From contig NC_045696.1 of assembly GCF_009834535.1 (NCBI RefSeq), positions 91,018,001 to 91,082,000 of the forward strand: DNA of 64,000 nucleotides. The letters run 5' to 3'. Origin of the DNA: Camelus ferus (Eukaryota). Positions 35,936 through 48,552 of this stretch are shown here, piece by piece. Position 1 is the first letter of the stretch, and each line of letters begins with the position of its first letter. The notes beneath the pieces were generated by a model that was not told where the DNA came from, made no database searches, and saw only the letters and a program-made list of their open reading frames with translations. Made by a program: the position numbers and the translations under genes.

Positions 35936-36150
35936 CTCATGGGGTGGGTTATTGTGAGGATTACGATGATGATATAGTAAGATGCTGAGGACAATGCCTG
36001 GTACATACTAGTTGTTCAGGGAACCACACTCACACTGTTATGTAACTTGTTTTTTTTTTTCCTACCTGCCTGTGTCCTCTACTAGATACTGAGCTCCTAG
36101 AAGGGAGTTAAGTCTTACTCTTCTTTGGGTCTTCCCCTTTGGGTACATGA
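35390..36150 (+). mobile_element. L2 3' fragment with a nested MIR (about 35710-36020)
   Basis: L2 motifs on both sides (gagtaaagcccaaggccttaacatg; actagatactgagctcctagaaggg) and MIR core aagttacttaacttctgaagcctcaggttc...acctcatgggg...ttattgtgaggatta. Confidence 0.75.
35841..35933. repeat. Compound trinucleotide microsatellite, (GATGATAAT)5 running into (AAT)n
   Basis: Directly visible; it produces the poly-Y/H ORF 35779-36006. Confidence 0.97.
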
Positions 36151-36153
36151 TAG

Positions 36154-36872
36154 GAAGGCTGGCTACATGGGCGAGTGACCAGCGCCCATGAATAGGACCC
36201 TTTGTTCAGAAATGTCCTGTGCTTGAGGTTTAGTGTTCTGCAATTGCAATCTTGAATTTCTTAACAAGTTTATCTTTGGATTTGTAATTTGTCTTTGAGT
36301 TTGTGTAAGTGAATGGGACAATAGAGTGTCAGGGGGCTTGGAGCCTTGGCTCGCATCACCTCCCTGCCCCTCCAGGATGTGTTCTTAGCTTCCTGCTCTG
36401 TGCCCTCTGGTACCCTGCCTCACCTCACCTCCCCTTCCCTGCCTTCTCCAAGCCAGCTGCTCCCCTCCCCTGGGGAATGATGACCAGGTCACATTTCTAA
36501 GATGGGGGGATGCTCACATTCCACTGTTGCTCTGAACCCCATTGGGGTTCTGGGTGTGGGTGTGGGGAGGGTTCAGTTTGGCTGTGTGTTCCATGGTATC
36601 TCTGTGGGGCAAGGTAGTGGCCATCCCTTCCCCAGGCTGGCCGCTCCATGGTGCATTAGGTGGGTAACTCAGTAGGGGCCTCTCAAGATCCTACTACTAA
36701 TCCAGGTCCCAGTGCCTCCAGAACAAAGGTTGTAGTCCCATAGTGGGAGGAGTGCCCTCCACTGTGGATTGACATGGCTGACCCACGGGAAGGGGAGATT
36801 GACTTCATTGTCCTGGGTGAGGTCTCACATGTTCATTTTGTACTGGGCCTACGAATTATATAGCCAGCCCTG
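36154..36872 (+). mobile_element. MER45C-like hAT-Tip100 element with both ends present
   Basis: Left end gaaggctggctacatggg..., right end ttcattttgtactgggcctacgaattatatagccagccctg; the termini are inverted repeats. Confidence 0.8.
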
Positions 36873-38339
36873 CTTGTAGATACTTTACAAAATATGCTTA
36901 TTGGACTGCAAGGTAAGAGGCCAGATAGGGTAGAGTGAAATAGAAGAAGACAGTATCTGCAAAAACGGGACTGTTCATGAAAGATCACAAGCCTAGACAG
37001 TGGCAGGCACTTAGACGGCTGGGAGCTGGAAGTCCCACCGTCCAGCCTAGAATGGCATGTGCTTTCCATGTTCAAACACATTTTCTCCTTCTTAATTCAG
37101 TTATACTCACTTTTCCCCTCCACTCAGATCTATTCCAGAACCCCCCAAATATCTTGGTTTTCTTTTGCAGGGATGAAACAAGGGTCTACTTTTGGGAGAT
37201 GGCGAAGTAGTGATAAAATCTCATTAGAAAGAGTTCCTTATCATGAATATAATAACTATGCTTAGACTTGTTAAGTGCTTTCTCTTTAGGAGTCACTATT
37301 CATAATGAAAAAGCAAAGGATGATGAATTGTCGGAGTTTCAATACAGTCTTTGCAGAGAATTTCTCATGGTGAGACGACAGAGGGACTCCATCTGAGTGT
37401 TTTACAGATCTTTTACTCTGCTCCTAGCAGTTATCCCCAAGTCCTCCATCCCCAAACACCCATAAATATCCCAGTCCCTAATTACCATGCCAGGAAAGCT
37501 CACTTAGCTGCTATAATTCCTTCTCATATGTTACATGACTTGGAAAAAAAAAAGAGGATTGAGGTAAACTTGGCTATATAATATCAACAAATATTTATTG
37601 AGACCCAGTGCACTACAGACTTCTCTTTATTTGCTAATTCATTTCTGGAAAGAAAGAGGAATGGTGGGGGGCGGGGGAGAAGGAGGGAGAGAGATCAGGC
37701 GTCAATTTGATATCATCTCCAGTGTATGCAGACTAAGAATATGATTTATAGCAAAACACTAATTAAAATGAAATCATTGAAAAATATTTGGGAGCCCAGT
37801 GGAATTCTTTATAACAGAGTGTGATCTATAGCAGACAATTAGAAGCATACATCAAGTCATCCAGCTTGCATGTAAGGGAAAGGCAGGGAAAAAAGGGCCA
37901 AAATGAGGGAGAAACAGACCTCGACAGAGAATGTTTTGCAAGATCCAGTATGAAGTTCCACATCCAACAGCCCTTTTGATAATGCTGAGTGAGCCCACAG
38001 TTCCATCTCAAAGATTTTTCCAGCTGGTAGTTTTTTAGCTTCTTCCCCAGGTCTCTGCCAGCCTGAGGCCATTGACTCTCATTCTGTCCCCCATCCTCTT
38101 TTCCTCCCTCCTCCTCCCCTTCTTCTCCCCTTTCCTACCCTCCCCTTCCTCTTTTAAAACCAGGGACAGTGTGTGAAATGCTAAATGTGTCCTGTACCTC
38201 CAGGCACAACGACATTTCATGTGCTTTGTGTTTTTACATTAATTTATCAAAACACAAGCAACAAAACTGCAATGCTAATATAAAGTATCTATTTGGTCAT
38301 TAAAAAAAAAAAGCGTCTAGTGAAAACACACACAACAAA

Positions 38340-38840
38340 ACCCTGTCCGCATTCAAACTGCTTTTAAACTAAAGTGGGATTTGTTTGCAAGGATTTAAAT
38401 TGGTAAATGATTTGAATTTCTCCACCCCTAGGTGAATGATTTAGATGGCCTTGACCCCAGTCTGACTGCAGGGATTAATGTGGGATAATGATTGCTGAGG
38501 CTATCATTGCAGCCGGCATCATTAATTATCCTTATTGATTGTAGCTTTCAAAGATAAAGCATTATGCTGACTGGAAAATACCCTCTTCCTGCAAGGTCAA
38601 GGCTAAAATAGGGAAGCTAAATAATTGCATTAACAAGCAAAGAAATAAAAATAACCTCTCAGAGCATTGTGTAATTAAGATCCAATTACAACGTTTGTTC
38701 TTGTTTACAAAATGACAGAGTTCTTCTTGTCAAGTCATTTTCCCGAAAATTGCTTCAGTACATGGTAATTGCATTATAGCAGGTAACCAGAAAGGAGCAT
38801 TAAAAGGGGGATCAGTTTCCTTGGATCGCTGCCACGGTTC
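38340..38840. promoter_or_regulatory. Candidate conserved enhancer (CNE-like)
   Basis: Repeat-free, dense in TAAT/ATTA, with GGATTA, TTCAAAG, AGATAA, CAAGGTCA and TGTTTAC motifs. Confidence 0.55.
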
Positions 38841-39457
38841 TTGCTGTCTGACTCACCTAGGAAAGTGTGAGAGCCCCAAGGGACTTGTCTAAAAATACTA
38901 ATGATATGTTAAATGAAGGGGGTTAGATGGAGGAAGTAATAATTGGGCCTCAAATCCTATTATATTTCTTTGGGATAGTGTAATGGAGCTTAGAGATAGC
39001 CCAAGGATGTTATCACCCACTGTCTTCCTTTACCCCCTCCCTCTGGCCACATCATTTTCATTGCTGTGAAAATCTTGGCTCTAAAGCCCTATTAGGTTGT
39101 AAATTTCTCTGGTGAAAGGGATCAGTATTACAGCCTCCCTGCTATTGATCAGATTTTGGACTCTTAAAAAAAAAAAGAGGCTTTTAAGTGTAAAACCCAA
39201 AGCTACATGTGATTTTCTGTGTGGAAATATTTCAAACAAATGCTTCGGTTTTTCTTCTGCTAAAGGTCTTCTGCTATATGCTCTGAAGCAGCATGTATTA
39301 AGGTCTGATTAGAAAAGGGGTGAGCTCTGGGGACTGGGACCTGGTACAGGAGTTGGGCATCCTCTCTTTAGCAGTGAGGCTGAGGATCTATGCCAGGCCT
39401 TTGGTCTTTGGGGCACTTAGTCCCTCCATATGAGGGTGAACCGAAAACTAAGGACGT

Positions 39458-39495
<38 letters not shown>
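39458..39495. repeat. (AAC)12 microsatellite
   Basis: Directly visible. Confidence 0.97.
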
Positions 39496-39496
<1 letters not shown>

Positions 39497-39619
39497 TCTC
39501 ATGTAAGTTGTTTCTTATATAGTGGGACTCTTGAATAGAGGAGATTGTCAAAAGAGAAGGTGAGGCTTTATTCTTCTCTCATTTTATTAAAAAAAGAGGG
39601 AGAGCAAGAGATGGTCACC

Positions 39620-39850
39620 ATTCATTATCATGCAATGAGTTGGGCACAGCATCGAGCATTTTAATTATTTTATTTAATCCTCACAACCACTCTGTGAAAG
39701 ATACTATTATCATTCTCATTTTATAAACAGTTGGGGAAACTGATGCTCAGAGAGGCTAAGTAATTTTCCCACTGATAAACAACCAGAAGTGGTAGAGTAA
39801 AGATTTGAACTCAGGTCCCCACTAACTGTAAAATCTGTGCTCCTTTTTGA
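39620..39850 (-). mobile_element. MIR SINE
   Basis: tttaatcctcacaaccactctgtg...gaaactgatgctcagagaggctaagtaattt...agatttgaactcaggtc. Confidence 0.9.
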
Positions 39851-39984
39851 TCCAGGAAGAGACTGTACTTCCAGAATTGCACCTCTACTACTTAAATCTA
39901 GTCTCTTTTTTTTTTTTTTTTTTTAGCTTCATCTACCAGCCTCATCCACCATACATTTCTTAATATAGAAGTGAAAGATGGATA

Positions 39985-40775
39985 CATTCTTATTGTAAAA
40001 ATTCATATAATATGTATGTTCACAGAACAAAATGTAGAAGCCCCCTGTCTTGGAAGCCCCCAACTCTTAGATCCCTACATATAGCAACTGTTAAGTTTGG
40101 TGTGTATTTTTTCACACCCTTCTCTTTGCATGTGCATTATTTTTAATTTTACGTATAATGGGATCTTACATTTTATTCTGCAATTTGTCTCTTTTTCCTT
40201 AAGAGTATACCTAAGAGAGATTTCAAGCAGTTTATATAAATCCATCTATTTCTTTATAATGACTTTGCAGACTTCCAGTGTAGGAATATATCAAAATTTA
40301 TTTAACCTGCCTCTTACTTTGGGGCATTTAAGTCATTTCCAATTGTACAAGTCAGTGCTGCAGAGAACATCCATATACATCTATTTTTGTGGACATACGT
40401 GAACATTTCTCTAGGTTGTATTTCTAGAAGTCAAATTTCTGGGGCAGAGGATATGCACATTGTAAATTTTGATAAGTAATGAAAAATTCCCCATCCAAAA
40501 GACTGTACCAATTTACACTTAATATAGAATCTGTGTATTATAGAATGTGCCAGTTTTCTTCCATATTCACAAACATAGGATATTATTAGTCTCTTAGTTT
40601 TTCTGTCAGTTTTTGCTAAGAAATGACTTCTTATTATGCTTATAACTTTCATTTTAATAGTGAGGTAAAATAGCTTTTATACGATAATTGGCCTTGTTTA
40701 TCTTTTTGTAAAGTAACTTTCACAGACTTTGATAATTCTTCTGTTGGATTATTTAATAGAGCTTTGTCCTTTTTT
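39985..40775 (-). mobile_element. Old L1 (L1ME-like) 3' region
   Basis: ggcatttaagtcatttccaat...tgtaccaatttacact...attttaatagtgaggtaaaa. Confidence 0.8.
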
Positions 40776-40779
40776 ATGG

Positions 40780-42400
40780 CCATTGAGACATCTAAGCACC
40801 CTGGCCTGGCCAGTTGGTTGCTCTTGCTTAAATCGCTGAAGCTGCAAAACCACAGCAATAGTTGATTAATTATCTGCGGCAGCTCTGGTAGTGTCAGCAG
40901 CTGTGTCTTCACCAGACGATTTTTTGTGATGGAACCTTGGCCTGATTTTGTGCTGTCTAACCTCCCTTTGTTCCTGCTCAAGCCCCAAGCTTTCCATTGA
41001 TACGATGAGATATCTGGTGGCCTTCCCCAAAATCCCTTTTGCTTAACTTAGCCAGAGATGATTTCTGTTGATTGTGAAAAAAGACTCCAGAAGTTACAGT
41101 CATCAGCAAGAGAGTGGATCACAGTCAAAAGACTGTCAAGAAGATAAGGAAGATCTGGTATTGGTCATGCAGCATGAATGGGGCTAAAGGCATTGAAAAT
41201 TCTATTGGTATTCAAAAATTTGAATCTGGCAGTGCCTGGAAGGGATGGTAAAATAATAATTATTATGGAAAATTATTTAAATTATTGTTTGTGGTGACCT
41301 GGAATGAAGTGTCTGTTGAGGATAGACATTGTCTATTGAGTGGCTTTTGGCACCTTGGTAAATTACAATATTAAAATCCAGTTGTACATAATGGACAACT
41401 GACTGAACAACAATCACTACAATGCAGTTAGGATAGCAGTGCAGCTACAATTGTGGGGTTTTTTAAAATAAATATCTTGTCTCAAATTTGTATATCCTGT
41501 ATAAAAAATGAATGTTTTTCAAACTATGAATGTTTCCTGTGTAATACCTGAATGTTTCTGAGAAGAAACTCTAAGTAGTTAAGAGGTCTATTGAAAATAT
41601 AACCAAATAATTGTTTAACTAGACAACCTTAGAATTAATACCGAGAATACTCTTTTGCTATATTTTAGTTATCCACTAAGAATGAGAGAATATTACATAG
41701 ATTATAACATTCTTGTCCACTTTATTCTTTATGTCTGGTTACAAATTTCTTTTTAACCTCAATAAAAACATGAATCATAAATGGGGGGAAAATGAGGAAA
41801 ACCATTCTGTTACTGCTGTAAGACAGTATGAAAGAGCATTCAAGGTTGTGAGTAGGATCATTGCTCTAGAGCCCTGGGCAGCTGGCTTAGAGAAAAGGAA
41901 TCACAAGTTTAAGTCCCTAAACTTTTGACTCAAAGCATTGAATTGAAACAGGAGGACTTAACTAGAATCAGACTAAAAGACTCTTTTATCTCTTAAAATC
42001 CAAGGACTGATATAGCTCAATAAAATCAAGGTTTGATCCTATGAGCTGCCAAAATTACCCTATCAGTTGAATTTATAGCTTCTTTGGGTTTTCTTATGTG
42101 AGAGTTAAGTAATTGATCAAGACAAAGGAAAGTCAGAGGACTGAAATAGGTGTATATAGGAGGTTTCAGAAGAGTTGGGACTATGCTGAGCTCCCAACTC
42201 GCAATAAAGCTCCCTTGCTCTCCAGATTAAACAGTCTGTTCTTTACGGTCAGATGAGGCTATTATAACATTTTCACCTGAAGAAGTTGCTTTATAAAAGG
42301 ATGCCAGTGCTTATCATGCCATTTTCCATCCATTGTCTCTATACACATAATTAGGTTAGGTGCCAGAATGTGGCTTGGGGCCAATCACAGAATCAAATAT
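40780..42400 (+). mobile_element. MaLR/ERVL LTR (MLT1N-like, to about 41098) plus interrupted internal fragments
   Basis: LTR end ttgcttaacttagccagagatgatttctgttgattg; internal-like tgtggtgacctggaatgaagtgtctgttgagg and cctgaagaagttgctttataaaagga. Confidence 0.55.
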
Positions 42401-42489
42401 AAGATTACAGGAACTTAAACACACACACAAAAATTTTTCACTGCTGGAAAAAAAAATTTTTTTTTCACTGCCGTATAGTTTCTGGTGAA

Positions 42490-43140
42490 TTGCATTTTTG
42501 CTGGGAATGCAAAAGAAAGAGTGTGTATGTTAGATTTTAGTAGATAACTGTTTGCTAAAGAGATGATACCAATCTTAAATTCACACCAGAAGTATATGAG
42601 AGTTTCACTTGTTCCACATCCTTACCAACACTTAATATTGTCAGTTTTTAAAAAAATTTCAGCCATTCTGGTGGATATGTAGAGATCACAATGTGGTTTT
42701 ACTTTGTATTTCCCTGATGATTGGTGAGGCTGAACATTTTCTCATGTTTATTTTCCATTTGGATATTCTCTTCTGTGAAATATCTCACATGAGGTATATC
42801 ATCTAAATTTCTTGATTGCTTTTTCTAATAGATCATTTGCTTTTAAAATATTTTTTCACCAAGATTATCTGTAGCAGTTATTTACATTATCTGGATTTTA
42901 GTTCTTTGTTACATATATGTACTGCAAATATCTTCTTCTGCTTTTTAGCTTGCTGTTTACTCACTTAATGGTGTCTTTTGATGAATATTGCTTATCTTTT
43001 AATTTTGTTTATGGCATCTTTGCATGGAAATTTAAATTTTTAGGCACTCAAAACTAGTATTTCTTATGGTTTATAAATTTTGTATGTTGTATAGGAAGGC
43101 CTTTACTGCCCCAGGATTTAAAAGCACTTCTTTTATACTT
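42490..43140 (-). mobile_element. Old L1M fragment
   Basis: taccaatcttaaattcacaccagaagtatatgagagtttcacttgttccacatccttaccaacactt...ttcagccattctggtgg...tgtatttccctgatga. Confidence 0.85.
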
Positions 43141-43354
43141 TTAATTCTCAGTAGTAATTATTAAGTAGTACCTTTGTCTCCATACTCCCTCTTGTACTTG
43201 CAATGCCCTGCTTATAACAAAATAATTTGTATCTATTTTACAATTATTCTCTGTTATGGAAAAAGTTTACATTATTTATTGCTGCTCTTCCTTTCCTGAA
43301 TTGCACAGGTTACTGTGGTTACCTGTATTTTCTATAGATCCCTAAACTCCCACT

Positions 43355-43560
43355 TAATCATTCAGCTGGTATGTATGAAGCTTGTATTGTATGTCAGGCA
43401 CTGAGGATGTAGAATTAAGTAACACTCAGTCCCTTTCTTCAAGGAGCTTATTGTCTAGTTAGGGAGTCCCACAAGTAATGAATGATTGTGATTCAGAATT
43501 CCTGAGTGTGAACCATGATTAAATGGTATGATTATACCAGTAATGGGAAATTCAAATCAG
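43355..43560 (-). mobile_element. L2 3' end
   Basis: tatgtcaggcactgaggat...cagtccctttcttcaaggagcttattgtctagt. Confidence 0.7.
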
Positions 43561-43654
43561 GGCTTGAATTTTAGATATAATGCTACTGAGAGTTTGAAAT
43601 ATATCCAGAAAATGTTTGATATTCCTCACTGCTTCAGACTTGTGAATATTGATT

Positions 43655-43830
43655 GGATCACAGAACTTTAAATTTGAAAGGGATAATTAGAGATCACCTA
43701 GTTCATTCTACAGATGAAGAAAGAGAGGCCCAGAGAAGCTGTGTGCTTTGGCCAACTGAGTAATCTGTGTAAACGCTGTGATGTGAAATTACATGTCTCC
43801 AGTCTCTTCATCTAGAACATCTTTCATTAT
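43655..43830 (-). mobile_element. MIR (MIRc/MIR3-like)
   Basis: atcacagaactttaaatttgaaaggg...tagagatcacctagttcattctacagatgaagaaagagaggcccagaga. Confidence 0.8.
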
Positions 43831-43954
43831 AACACATGTAATTTACTCTTCCTCAAGTGATGTTGAAGCCAGTGATATATTTTCTTCAGATCAGTGATTT
43901 TTTTGGGCTTCAGTTTTAAGGCATCATAAAATATTATTGTTCGGTTTTCAGAGT

Positions 43955-43999
43955 ATCTATCTATATGTATATATATGTGTGTGTATATGTGTGTGTGTA

Positions 44000-44060
<61 letters not shown>
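43955..44060. repeat. (TA)n/(TG)n compound microsatellite with a long pure TG core
   Basis: Directly visible. Confidence 0.97.
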
Positions 44061-44174
44061 CTTCTAGGCAGGAAGCTTTTCTGAAGTAAAATGAAAACTG
44101 AAAGGTTAATCTTTGGTGAATGAATTCAAACTGAATCATACCTGATATATACTCCAAATAGATGATGTAATTGA

Positions 44175-44425
44175 GTGGCATGGATTATGTAAGGGTTACA
44201 GTCTCTGGCTTTGGATTCCAACCTAGCTATTCCATTTACAGATTCTGTGACTTGAGAGAGAAGCAAGTTTTTACCCTCTCTGAGCCTTGGTCTTTCTTGG
44301 TAAAATGGGATAGTAATACCTACATTATCAGGTTATTGTGAAGATTAAATGAGATAATACATGTGAAAGGATTAACATAGATCCTGGAATATAGTAAATT
44401 CCCTGTAATTGTTGGCTATTAAATT
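44175..44425 (+). mobile_element. Near full-length MIR
   Basis: ctctctgagccttggtctttcttggtaaaatgggatagtaatacctac...ggttattgtgaagattaaatgagataat. Confidence 0.9.
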
Positions 44426-44756
44426 GTTAAATATGGACCATTGCCATTGACTTGTGTAGTCCCATTTTTTGTGTACCTTTTCTCCATCTTTAGATGTTTT
44501 TGTGTACCTGCACTTCTCAAATATAGTAAAATCACTTGCTAGTATCAGCATATCATATTATGGTGTGATGGAAGTAGTTTTCCTTCTCCTCAGATTGTTA
44601 CTTCATGGTATTAAAATATGCTGTTAAGGTTTATAGTGCCAAGGTATGTAAAGGACAATCACTAAAATATCTAGGTATATTTAAAAGACTTGGAACTCAT
44701 AACTATTTCATTTTAAAGTTGATGTTTTATTTTATTTCTTTGTTATTAATGTTCTA

Positions 44757-45720
44757 ATTACTCAATCAAATAGTTACTGAAACATGTGAGCAATACATGG
44801 TTCCTGCCTTTAAGACGTTTAAAGTAGTTAAGATACAAGTCATAACCATGTGAAAAGGACAACACATTCAGAGCTTTACAAAAGGTATGATAAGGCAAAG
44901 GGAAATAAGAGCTGTGATATAAAAGAAGGGAGAACTTTTTGACTGGCAAAGCCTAATCTGGAAAAGGCTTGTAGATGAGGATCGATGAGAGCTGGATCAC
45001 AGTGGGAAGAATTTGGGGTGGAAGGGAGGGGAGGCAAAGGTGGAGGAAGGCAGAAATTATGTTAGGGAACATTAGTTGATCAATTGGCCTAGAAGAGAGA
45101 ATTCATGAAAATTTAGGTTGAAGGCAGATTATGAAGAGCTTTCATCTACTTTAAGTACACAAGGTTTGGGAGTATAAATTTTGTTTGTTTTTTTGGCTTT
45201 TTTTGACAGTGGGAAGAAGAGCCAGTGAAGTTATCAATTTGGGGAGTAAATTCAGCCAAGTGGTATTTTAAAAAGATTGTATCTGTTGGTCAAATTTAGC
45301 CTGAAATCTGGGGGAAAACTAGTGATAAACAGATCATTTTGTAGGCACAATTATGAGGTAGTGAGGGGCTGAGTGGTGAAAAGGAAAAAGATGGGAGAAT
45401 GTAGGGTGCATTATCATGCCAAATTGCCAAAAAAATTGGTTACTGACTGGAAATGTGATAAAACTCACTACCAGTTACAAAAATGGGGAAGTCAGCAGCA
45501 GAGAGTTAGTGTTGGTTAAATTTTTATCAACTTGAAATTTGAAATGGTGGCCAAATATCTATGTGGCGTTGTTCAGTAAACTTCAAGATCAAGACTAAAA
45601 ATGTAGATTTGAACATTGTCACCAAGAAGTTGGTGGTAGGGGGAGAATGGTTAGTGAGATGAAGTTTTAGAGATTTGGAGATGGAAGGAAGGAATGATAC
45701 AGGAAGCTAGCTAAAGGGAG
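44757..45720 (-). mobile_element. Degenerate L2 fragment
   Basis: ttactcaatcaaatagttactgaa tail, then purine-rich L2-like body. Confidence 0.65.
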
Positions 45721-48506
45721 GAACAAACAAATCAAGTGTTCCTTTTCTCTTTTTTCCAAAAGATGGAGAAGGCTTGTGAGCATTTGATATTAGAAATAAT
45801 GGGGAGAAATTAAAAATGTTTAAGAGTGAAATTTTGTAGAGAGGGGGCCTTAATGTGAACTATGAAGTCAAGAGAATGATGAGAGGGAGCCCGTGATGCG
45901 ATGACTATTTCCCTTGCAGGGTCCTGAGTAACTTCCTATCAGGCTTTGAATGGCATTTATAAGACATCTTGCTCAGGATAACTTAAGTTGGAAGAAGAAA
46001 GAGTTTTATACTACATATTTTCCAACTTTTCCTTGGGTAAGATTGTCCAAGTAGAACAGGGCTGCAAAATGGTGCTGTTGCCTCTTTTTGCAAAAACAGT
46101 AAAAACCCGGTATCTGGATTCTATGTGGTATAGTGCTGGTAGGTGAGACATTTTGCTTCTTAGGTTATGCTGGCAAAATAAAGAAAAATGTAAACACTTC
46201 TTGACAGAAAATTAGGAAAATGAACTTGTCAACTGCTGAAGTATTGCTCGAGTGCTGGGGTTTGGACTTGCAGTGTTTGATGTCACAATTAATTTATCAT
46301 TGTCAAAGTATGACTTCCTGCTTTTGACCCCACACCAAAAAGGCGTAAAAGAGTTTGTGAAGAAAAGCTTCTTGGAAGTCAAATGGCTCATCCAAAACAA
46401 CAGTTTAATGATTTAAGTAAAAATGAATCAGAAACATGTGGATTTAATTTCCCTTAAAATTCACATGAGTTTGAGACTTAAAGGAAAATAGTACTTGGCA
46501 CAATGTGTTTAGGATTTGGTTAAACTCAAAACATTTGAAAAACTCTTTGGAACACTGGATGACTTCGAAATACATCTGGGTTTGCCTATCCATGTGGGCA
46601 TGGTTACAAAAGCCTCATCCTTCGTGGCACCATTCAAACATTCTATCAACATACTTCAGTTTTCAAAAGGCTTAATTAGGATAAAATCAACAAATTTTAT
46701 TGATTGCCTGCTATGTGCAATCAATAAAGTAGAGAGCCACAGTTTTCCCCATTTCACAGCTGGGAAGTCTTGGTTAGACTGTGGTCAAGGGAAATCCCCA
46801 TACAAAGTCAGAGTGGGCTACTAGCATGGTCCTTTGTGAATTAGAATTCTATTACATCAGCCATTCCTATTTATATCCTTCGTTATTGTAGAATTCCTTT
46901 CAATTTCAGGAGCATGAAAAAGAGAAAAGTTATGTTATATGGCACTGAGATCGTAATCAAGCATTGCTTTGGGTTTTTAAACCATTACTTTAAAATGTCA
47001 TTTTGGTGTGTGTTGAAAAGACAATACATACTTTAAATGTTACATTGGGGACGCTAATTAAAATACGTAAAGAAGACCATGAAAATGAGGGAAACCAGTG
47101 GTTGGCAAAGTAACCTCTTTGCAGTTGCAACCCCAACTAACCCACATGGCAAGCCCAATTGTTAGCAACTCAGTGGCAAGGGGAATTCCTAATGAAACCC
47201 ACAGAGGTTCTGCCCGAAATGTACTCATATTATTTATAGCCAATTATATTAGTCTCAAAGCTGAGTGACACCTAGGGAGGTAATTGAATTTCTTAGATTT
47301 CTCTCTTTACACTCACTGCCATGATCAGAAAAACACAATTTTGAATGCTTCTCTCTCTCAGGGCAAGACGACACAGCCCGTGTAATTGGATAAGTCTCCA
47401 GGGAAAGCTGGCTTCTCCAACTGCATTTTATAAAAATCTTGATGGAAAGTTGTCCTCAGTTTTGGGGGTGACTTTTTCAAGAGACGAAAAGGATGCAACT
47501 TGAAATAATCTCTTCTCATTTTTACCCAGGGAAGTTTATGAACCTTAATCAGACAAAAAGCACTGCCTAAAGAAGCTGCCTTATAAGGTCTAGGCTACAT
47601 GAAAGAAATAGTCTTTAGGAAAGGACAGCATTAGTTGTTTGAAAAAGAGTAAAATGCAACTCAAAGAGAAATCCGCCCCTCCTCAAAAAATAAAAAGAAG
47701 AAAAAAGAAAAAAAAAGAAAGAAAAGAAAATCCTAAATGACTGTGGTTGGTAAACAGGCCTTGGGAGAGGCTGTCATATACAGTGCCTCAGGTAACTGTG
47801 ATCAACTTAGATAACTAGTCCACAGGTTATAAAAAGACAAAAATGATATGTTGGCATGTGGGAGATACTGGGAAATCTCTATCTACATTCATGGAAAAGT
47901 TTATATAGCTCTTCTCATCTCTTTTCATATTTGTGCTCCTCGATGACCATCTGACATTCTTGGCAAGCTTAGGAGGAAGTCAACTGTAGATATAATATCC
48001 ATCACTTTAATTCAGCAAATTTGAGATCCTGAGATTTGAGACTATTGGAGGAAGCAAAGCAGTATGTCTTTCATTAAAGGAGGCAGAGAGGTTAATGGAG
48101 ACTTCTGCATTACTCAGGGCCAGGCTTCTTGTGCTCCCTTAGCTGAAGCTGTCTTACTCTCATCTGCTCTGCTGCAGAGAAATGAAAATATCCCCCACAA
48201 ACATGGGTAAATAGACACGTGTTTAGGAGGTAAGACCTTTTTTGGTGTTGCTAAAATCCCTTTGGTCTCTCTTTGCTCTTTTTGCTGCTACTACTGCTGT
48301 TGTGCAATTGCTGAGGGATCAGTGGTCTTTTTTCTTCAAGGAGGACCAAAGAAATTGCTGATGAATAGATTACAGATGATATGCCTACATAACAGTCATG
48401 GGAGACATTTCATTTCTTCCATTAATTATATGATGAAGCTAGTCATTCATGGCACTGATTATGCCCATGAAAGGCTTTTTTTAAAAGATGGGAATAGATA
48501 GAGGAT

Positions 48507-48552
48507 ATACACACACACACACACACACATGCACACACATATATGTATATAT
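48507..48552. repeat. (CA)n microsatellite
   Basis: Directly visible. Confidence 0.95.

Noticed and set aside
35779..36006. Poly-Tyr/His ORF
   Set aside because: Translation of a trinucleotide repeat inside a MIR.
37150..37210. Strong plus-strand splice acceptor (similar ones near 49222, 53483 and 58312)
   Set aside because: No convincing donor at exon distance; such acceptors are common in T-rich intronic DNA.
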